This document shows positions 58,320 through 64,000 of a stretch of DNA of 64,000 bases, piece after piece. Within the stretch, counting starts at the first letter, position 1, and each line of letters begins with the position of its first letter. The DNA is taken from contig JAKLJI010000009.1 of NCBI GenBank assembly GCA_023151275.1, positions 20,287-84,286 of the forward strand. Reading direction: 5' to 3'. Below the pieces are notes generated by a model. That model was given only the letters and a program-made list of their open reading frames with translations. It ran no database searches and was not told the origin of the DNA. The stretch comes from Bacteroidia bacterium. GTDB lineage: Bacteria; Bacteroidota; Bacteroidia; UKL13-3. Position numbers and translations under genes: made by a program.

Positions 58320-60242
58320 ATGATGAATCAGGAGTTGGAAAATGTGAACCCGGAAACTGAAGTACAAGATGTACCGGTTGTTGAATCTTCAAGTGTTGAG
58401 GCTACAGAACCTGCAACTACAGAACCTGCTGCAATTAGCTCGGAAATTACACTTGAAACAATTGACAATCACACGGATGAAACAGAACACGAATTGGATG
58501 TTGTTGAAGAACTTCCCGATTTTTCAAGTCTTCCGAAAGAGGATTTGTTGCAAGCTGCTTTAAAAGCTGCTGCCGAAAAAGAAGTAGACGAAGCCATTTC
58601 AGTTTTGAAAGCAATCCGTCCGGTTCTCGAACACCATTTGCAGGAAGAACAAGCAACAGCTTTAAGTAAATTTTTGGAAGATGGCGGCGAAAAAGACAAT
58701 TTTGAGTTCCGCGGAGATGGAACCCGTGAAAAATTTAATGAAGCATTCCGTGGCTTGAAACAGAAAAAAGAAGAAGCCAAAAGGAAACAGGAAGAGGAAA
58801 AAATGGCCAACCTGCGCAAAAAGGAAGCCATCCTCGATGAAATAAAAAAACTGAACGAAACCGAAGAATCAGAAGGTAGTTTGGCCAAGATTAGAGAACT
58901 GCAATCCGAATGGAAAAAAATTAAGCATGTTCCTAAAGAACATATTGAGCCGCTCTGGGAGCGCTACCGCATACTTTTAGATATTTTCTACGACCGTCTT
59001 TCAATCTACAATGAACTGAAAGACTTAGACCGTGCAAAAAATCTCGACCATAAAATTGAATTACTTGCCCAAGTAAGCAGACTTTTGGCAGAAGAAACCA
59101 GCATCAAAAAAATGCTGATTTCGGTAAAAAAATTCCAGGAAGAATGGAGAAATATTGGTCCTGTTGCCAAAGATGCTTCTGAAGACATTTGGAATCGTTT
59201 CAAAGCCGAAGTTGATAAGGTTTACGACCTTATCAAATCCCGCAGTGCCGAAATAGAGGCCGAACGCCATGCCAATTTGGAGGCAAAAAAAGAATTGTTA
59301 GCCAAGGCTAAGGAACTTTCTGCTTTCAAAACCGTCCGCACCAAAGAATGGATGGAAAAAAGCACCTTCTCCAATGAATTGATGGAACAATGGAAAAAAA
59401 TTGGGCATGTTCCAATGGCTGTTCGCGATTCAATTTGGAATGAATTCCGTGAAGCCCGCAATACGTTTTATTCGAACAAAAACCAGTTCTTCAAAACCAT
59501 GCACGCAGAGCGCAATGCCAACTTAAAAGCAAAAGAGGTATTGTGCGAACGCGCTGAAAGCATTTCAGCCAACCCAATTGATTGGGCCAAACAAACTGAA
59601 GAGCTGAAAAAATTGCAGGAAGATTGGAAAAAAATTGGTCCTGCTCCGGATAAAGTAAACGATGCCGTTTGGAAACGTTTCCGAACCGCATGCGATAGCT
59701 TCTTTGCCAAAAAAGCCGAACGCTATGCAAGTGTAAAGGAAGAACAAACCCAAAACCTTGAGGCGAAAAAAGCATTAATTGCTCGTCTTGAAAACCTGTT
59801 GAACACTGAAGTTGAAAATGCATTCCCTGAAATGAAACAAATTCAATCGGAATGGAATGCTATCGGCTTTGTTCCAATGGGACAAAAAGATGCCATCAAC
59901 AAACAATACAACGAGTTGCTGGATAAACTGTATGGCAAATACAAGCAGCTGAACCGCGATATGCGCCAGGAGCGCGACCGTGAGAATTTTGAAATGCTTG
60001 CCAGCTCTCCAAATGGCAATCAAAAATTACAGCGCGAGGAGAAAGTGCTATTGGAACGTATCCGTAACCTGAAAAAAGACATCGAAACTTGGGACAACAA
60101 CCTTGGTTTCTTCAAATCAGGTAATGGTAAAAATCCCATGGCTGAGCAAATTCACAGCAAAATTGAAATCGCTCAAAAACACATCAAAGGCCTGGAAGAA
60201 AAACTCAAAGTTCTTCGCGATTTGAAACAAAACGCTCAATAA
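58320..60242 (+). CDS. DUF349 repeat protein
   Basis: There are at least five repeats of the pattern W(K/R).IG.VP......W.RF......F, with an acidic N-terminus. Confidence 0.85.
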   Translation: MMNQELENVNPETEVQDVPVVESSSVEATEPATTEPAAISSEITLETIDNHTDETEHELDVVEELPDFSSLPKEDLLQAALKAAAEKEVDEAISVLKAIRPVLEHHLQEEQATALSKFLEDGGEKDNFEFRGDGTREKFNEAFRGLKQKKEEAKRKQEEEKMANLRKKEAILDEIKKLNETEESEGSLAKIRELQSEWKKIKHVPKEHIEPLWERYRILLDIFYDRLSIYNELKDLDRAKNLDHKIELLAQVSRLLAEETSIKKMLISVKKFQEEWRNIGPVAKDASEDIWNRFKAEVDKVYDLIKSRSAEIEAERHANLEAKKELLAKAKELSAFKTVRTKEWMEKSTFSNELMEQWKKIGHVPMAVRDSIWNEFREARNTFYSNKNQFFKTMHAERNANLKAKEVLCERAESISANPIDWAKQTEELKKLQEDWKKIGPAPDKVNDAVWKRFRTACDSFFAKKAERYASVKEEQTQNLEAKKALIARLENLLNTEVENAFPEMKQIQSEWNAIGFVPMGQKDAINKQYNELLDKLYGKYKQLNRDMRQERDRENFEMLASSPNGNQKLQREEKVLLERIRNLKKDIETWDNNLGFFKSGNGKNPMAEQIHSKIEIAQKHIKGLEEKLKVLRDLKQNAQ

Positions 60243-60250
60243 ATCATTCG

Positions 60251-60279
60251 GTGCCGGTATTATTACCGGCACTTTTTTT
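60251..60279 (+). terminator. Rho-independent terminator after the DUF349 gene
   Basis: gtgccggta-ttat-taccggcac (9-bp perfect stem) followed by TTTTTTT. Confidence 0.8.
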
Positions 60280-61096
60280 GAAAAGCCGTTTGTCAGCCAT
60301 TCATTACTTAAGTCAGCTTATCCGCCATTACCGCATCTCCACTTGGATTGATGTGTTGCATTCCCCATTTGTTTTTGGCTTGTACAATTCCTGCATCAAA
60401 AAGGAAATTCCTCACGATGAAAGTTTTGCAGCCATTGAACAAATCAGAAGGAAATACCAAAACAATAACAAGGAAATCACCTTCACCGATTTTGGTGCAT
60501 CTGCCGCAGAGAAAGGTGCTGTTCGTTCCATGCGCATCAATCAGATTGCGAAAAACCACCTCAAACCGGCACGTATTGCACGCATTCTGTTTCACCTGAT
60601 TCGGGAACTGAAACCCAAAAACTGCATTGAATTAGGAAGCTCCTTGGGAATAACATCTGCTTATTTGGCATCAGCACTTAAACAAAATAAAGCGGGGGAA
60701 TTAATCAGTATTGATGCGTGTAAACCTGTAATTGAAATTGCAAACGAAACCATTCAACATTGCCAACTAAACGATGTGGTGGAGTTTAGATACGGGACAT
60801 TTGAAGATCAACTTGAGCCTGTTCTTCAGGAAATGCAACAGGTGGATTTTTGCTACATCGATGGCAACCATGCTTACGAGGCAACCGTAAACTATTTCAA
60901 GCAATTATTGCCCCATTGCCACGAAAAAAGCATACTCGTTTTTGATGATTTATATTGGAGCAAAGGCATGAAAAAAGCTTGGGAAGAAATCATAAGCCAT
61001 GACCAGGTAACAGTAAGCATCAACCTGTTTTTTATTGGCTTGGTATTCTTCAAAAAAGGTCAAGCCAAAGAGCATTTCAGACTTCGGGTTTGGTAA
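60278..61096 (+). CDS. Class I SAM-dependent methyltransferase (Methyltransf_24 / O-MT family-3-like)
   Basis: CIELGSSLGITSAYLA (motif I) and FCYIDGNH...LVFDD are present. There is no ATG before residue 94 or so. The start is placed at the TTG at 60278, just after the terminator, and is uncertain. Confidence 0.6.
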   Translation: MKSRLSAIHYLSQLIRHYRISTWIDVLHSPFVFGLYNSCIKKEIPHDESFAAIEQIRRKYQNNNKEITFTDFGASAAEKGAVRSMRINQIAKNHLKPARIARILFHLIRELKPKNCIELGSSLGITSAYLASALKQNKAGELISIDACKPVIEIANETIQHCQLNDVVEFRYGTFEDQLEPVLQEMQQVDFCYIDGNHAYEATVNYFKQLLPHCHEKSILVFDDLYWSKGMKKAWEEIISHDQVTVSINLFFIGLVFFKKGQAKEHFRLRVW

Positions 61097-61140
61097 TTCA
61101 ACAAGGGCCTTGTTCCTAGTTTTAAACAAAACCCCACTGC

Positions 61141-61986
61141 CTACTTCGGATAACGCAAAACAATCCTTTTGCGCTCAATGGCGTAACCCGTAAAGCTACC
61201 AATTGCACCTGAAATATTGCTCTTAACTGCAATGGGCGTTGCAAAGGGACCACCATTGTTTGCAGCACTTCCAAAACTCTCCCAAAACAGGTATTCTCTC
61301 CTTCCAATTGAACTTAGGTAAATGTTAAGGGTGTCTCCATACGAATAGGGACGCAAACTTCTGAAAGGTCGCATGGCATTGTTTATCAATTCATCGTCGA
61401 ATGTGTAAAAGCGCTGGGCTGCACCCCAACCCAATAACAAGGAATCTACATTGTTGTATATGGCCATCCGATAATTGTTTTGTTCAGGACCATCAAACCA
61501 TTGCATCCAAAAAAAGGAATTGGTGTCTTTGCCTTCAATCTGAAACCAATACTGCATACTATCAATTACAGGTGGTTTTCCAATAAAAGTTGTACCGCTT
61601 ACCTTCTTGCCATCAGGCATACTAATGTCTAATTTGTAAGGTGTATTTTCTTTACCTGTGAAAGTGAGATTGGCATATACACCCGGCAACAAGGAATCCG
61701 ACAGAAGTGAGAATTTCCAGCGGGTTCCGGAATATAAAGTATCAGTCCCCTGAATACTTCCTTCAGTAATATAAACCTCCGCATCATTCAATCCGTTCAG
61801 GTTCAATTGCGGATTAAAATAATCAATGGTTCTATTGATAAACACATAATTCAAGGTAGGAATTGCTTGGTTAATACTTGCCTCCACAACCAATTCTGAA
61901 GCAACTGGAGGAACGTTAATACTTATTTCCTTTTCACAAGAGCTAAGTGCCAATAATCCAAATAGAGCGATTGCAAAACTTCTCAT
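61141..61986 (-). CDS. DUF4249-like lipoprotein (partner of the upstream TonB-dependent receptor)
   Basis: Lipobox LALSSC, about 280 aa, immediately downstream of a TonB-dependent receptor as is usual for DUF4249. Start is at the ATG at 61986. Confidence 0.6.
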   Translation of the reverse strand: MRSFAIALFGLLALSSCEKEISINVPPVASELVVEASINQAIPTLNYVFINRTIDYFNPQLNLNGLNDAEVYITEGSIQGTDTLYSGTRWKFSLLSDSLLPGVYANLTFTGKENTPYKLDISMPDGKKVSGTTFIGKPPVIDSMQYWFQIEGKDTNSFFWMQWFDGPEQNNYRMAIYNNVDSLLLGWGAAQRFYTFDDELINNAMRPFRSLRPYSYGDTLNIYLSSIGRREYLFWESFGSAANNGGPFATPIAVKSNISGAIGSFTGYAIERKRIVLRYPK

Positions 61987-61988
61987 AC

Positions 61989-64000
61989 TCAAAATTTAAA
62001 ATTCCATTGAACAGATGGCAAAATTGGAAACAGGTACACCATGAAAGCTTTTACTTCTTGCTTTTCAATATCCGGATAGAAGTATATAAAATAAGGATTT
62101 GCACGGTTATAAACATTGTAAATGCTGAAATTCCAACTGCTCTCCCATTTCTCCGTTTTCTTTGCCAGGTAAGTAAATGAAATATCAGCTCGGTGATAGG
62201 CAGGCAAGCGATAATCATTCACTTTTCCATACACATCAACAATAGCAAACTCAGGTCTTTGCTCTTGCGGATTCACACCAAAGCGATAGGTGTACCTTCC
62301 CACAGGAAGCGTAACAGCATTGCCTGTTCCAAAGACAAAAACAAAATTCGCCGACCATTTGGGATTGATTTGATAGGCAAGCAACAAGGAAATATCATGG
62401 GTTCTATCGTACCTAAAAAAATAAGGCTGACCATTGTTCAAGGCATCAAATTGGCGTGTGGTGCGACTCCAGGTATAGCCCACCCAACCCGTTAAATCTC
62501 CAGCTTTTTTTCTCAGAAAAAACTCTGCACCATAACTTAAACCTTCTCCAAATACCATTTCATTCTCCAGATTTTGATTGAAAAACAATTGCGCTCCCGG
62601 ACGGAATTCGATTTGGTTATACATGGGTTTGTAATACACTTCAACCGACGATTCATAAGCATCTTGCTTGAAGTTTCTAAAATACCCAAGGGCATATTGA
62701 TAAGCCAATTGAGGTTTAACACGGGCTGAACTTGGAACCCATAAATCAAGTGGAAACTGCGCTCCACTGGTAGTTGCCAAATGTAAAAACTGATAGGTTT
62801 GGGTAAATGAACCTTTGATGGATGATTCACTATTCAACAAATAAGTTCCACTCAACCTGGGCTCCAATCGCGGATAAAAGGCAATGGTTTCCCCGGGCTT
62901 ATATACTTTAGATTCACCAGTTGCCAATTGTGTTTCATTATCAAATACGGCTTGGGTATAGGGACCAACCAATTGAAAGGCCACCAAACGCAAACCTGCA
63001 TTAATGATTAAGCGCTGATTAACCTGCCATTCATCCAAAATATAAGCGGCATATTCATGTGCGAATTGTTTATTAATGGCTTGATTGATACTTGTGCTTC
63101 CTAAACTACCGCTCAATATGCCTGGTTGGAAGGTATGATAGGTATAATTCAAGCCAAACTTCACTTGGTGATTTTCCCTTGGAAACCAGGTAAAATCCGA
63201 TTTCAGGTTCCAATCTTGTACGGAACTTCGCACATTGAATCCATTTGTCCCAAACGTAAAATCATTGAACAAATCATAACGGTTAAAAATAAGGCTGGTA
63301 TTCGAAAACAACTTTGGACTAAACACATGGTTCCACCGCAGGGTGGCTGTGCTATTTCCCCATCCAAAATCAAAAAACACATCCTTGTTTTGTGGACTTT
63401 GAAAATTCAAAATATCCCTTCCAAAATAACCCGAAATAAACAAACGGTCTTTCTCTCCAAGAATAACATTTCCTTTCACATTCATGTCGTAGAAATAATA
63501 ACTATTCCCCGATAAGCGCGATGGAATAAAGGGCTTCGCAAGCACGTCGATATATGTCCTTCTGCCAGATACCAAAAAGCTACTTTTTCCTTTTTGAAGC
63601 GGTCCTTCAAAGGTTAACCGAGAAGAAATCAAACCAACTCCACCGCTGGTTTTGTATTGTTGATTATTGCCTTCACGCATGTTTACATTTAAAATGGAAG
63701 ACAAACGCCCTCCATAATTGGCTGGCATTCCGCCTTTGATAATATCAATGTTTTTGACCGCATCCGAATTAAATACAGAAAGAAATCCGAATAAATGAGA
63801 GGGATTGTAAACCACAGCCTCATCCATCAAAATCAGATTTTGGTCGGGTCCGCCACCACGCACATAAAATCCGGTACTCGCTTCTCCTCCACTTTTAATT
63901 CCCGGTAAAAGAGTGATGGCTTTTAATACATCAGGCTCACCAAATATAACTGGCAATTGTTTGATTTTTTCGCCTGAGAGCTCAATGCGGCTCATCTCAG
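61989..64000 (-). CDS. TonB-dependent receptor (partial; N-terminus lies beyond the window end)
   Basis: Plug-domain motifs (DVLKAITLLPGI, GFYVRGG..DQNLILMDEAVVYN) are present, followed by a long beta-barrel ending in WNFKF. The reading frame is still open at position 64000. Confidence 0.85.
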   Translation of the reverse strand, partial: EMSRIELSGEKIKQLPVIFGEPDVLKAITLLPGIKSGGEASTGFYVRGGGPDQNLILMDEAVVYNPSHLFGFLSVFNSDAVKNIDIIKGGMPANYGGRLSSILNVNMREGNNQQYKTSGGVGLISSRLTFEGPLQKGKSSFLVSGRRTYIDVLAKPFIPSRLSGNSYYFYDMNVKGNVILGEKDRLFISGYFGRDILNFQSPQNKDVFFDFGWGNSTATLRWNHVFSPKLFSNTSLIFNRYDLFNDFTFGTNGFNVRSSVQDWNLKSDFTWFPRENHQVKFGLNYTYHTFQPGILSGSLGSTSINQAINKQFAHEYAAYILDEWQVNQRLIINAGLRLVAFQLVGPYTQAVFDNETQLATGESKVYKPGETIAFYPRLEPRLSGTYLLNSESSIKGSFTQTYQFLHLATTSGAQFPLDLWVPSSARVKPQLAYQYALGYFRNFKQDAYESSVEVYYKPMYNQIEFRPGAQLFFNQNLENEMVFGEGLSYGAEFFLRKKAGDLTGWVGYTWSRTTRQFDALNNGQPYFFRYDRTHDISLLLAYQINPKWSANFVFVFGTGNAVTLPVGRYTYRFGVNPQEQRPEFAIVDVYGKVNDYRLPAYHRADISFTYLAKKTEKWESSWNFSIYNVYNRANPYFIYFYPDIEKQEVKAFMVYLFPILPSVQWNFKF

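Noticed and set aside
58447-60023. Series of minus-strand ORFs (60-139 aa) inside the DUF349 gene
   Set aside because: They are the antisense of a Lys/Glu-rich repeat gene and give Ser/Phe/Leu-rich nonsense. The plus-strand DUF349 repeats are unambiguous.

Overview
This is an AT-rich, densely coding chromosomal segment that looks like Bacteroidota. Supporting markers are a PorP/SprF gene coupled to a giant PKD-repeat adhesin with a T9SS type-B C-terminal domain, an S46 peptidase, a TonB-dependent receptor/DUF4249 pair, DUF349, and TAnnTTTG-like promoter boxes. I can support about 50 protein genes. By eye I found no rRNA, tRNA, CRISPR array or intact IS/integrase. Housekeeping genes are guaA, uvrA, ligA, priA, queE, an RluA-family pseudouridine synthase, two Sun-family RNA m5C methyltransferases and selU. 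The notable content is as follows. (1) An arr rifampin ADP-ribosyltransferase has its last 96 nt duplicated about 1.5 kb downstream. The two copies bracket an inserted AlbA_2/Schlafen-HATPase-wHTH gene. (2) A same-strand Kdo cluster runs DegT-type aminotransferase, Fe-ADH, kdsA, an FSA/TalC-type aldolase fused to a KdsD-type CBS pair, and a KdsC-like phosphatase. I read it as a KdnA/KdnB-like 8-amino-Kdo pathway with a non-canonical supply of the C5 sugar phosphate. This is the best candidate for something new. (3) A phosphate-uptake island holds two PiT transporters, a DUF47/PhoU-like gene, a porin and a DUF4920 lipoprotein, with 11-bp-phased TTAAG repeats upstream. (4) Two copies of a GC-rich intergenic hairpin element show compensatory stem changes and a conserved loop. 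(5) A second dispersed intergenic repeat of about 80 nt is present. (6) Two paralogous small lipoproteins sit in front of an LruC-domain protein. (7) A GT9 gene, a polytopic membrane protein gene and a Wzi-like outer-membrane protein gene overlap one another. All functional calls rest on by-eye motif and family recognition plus gene context. No database search was run.
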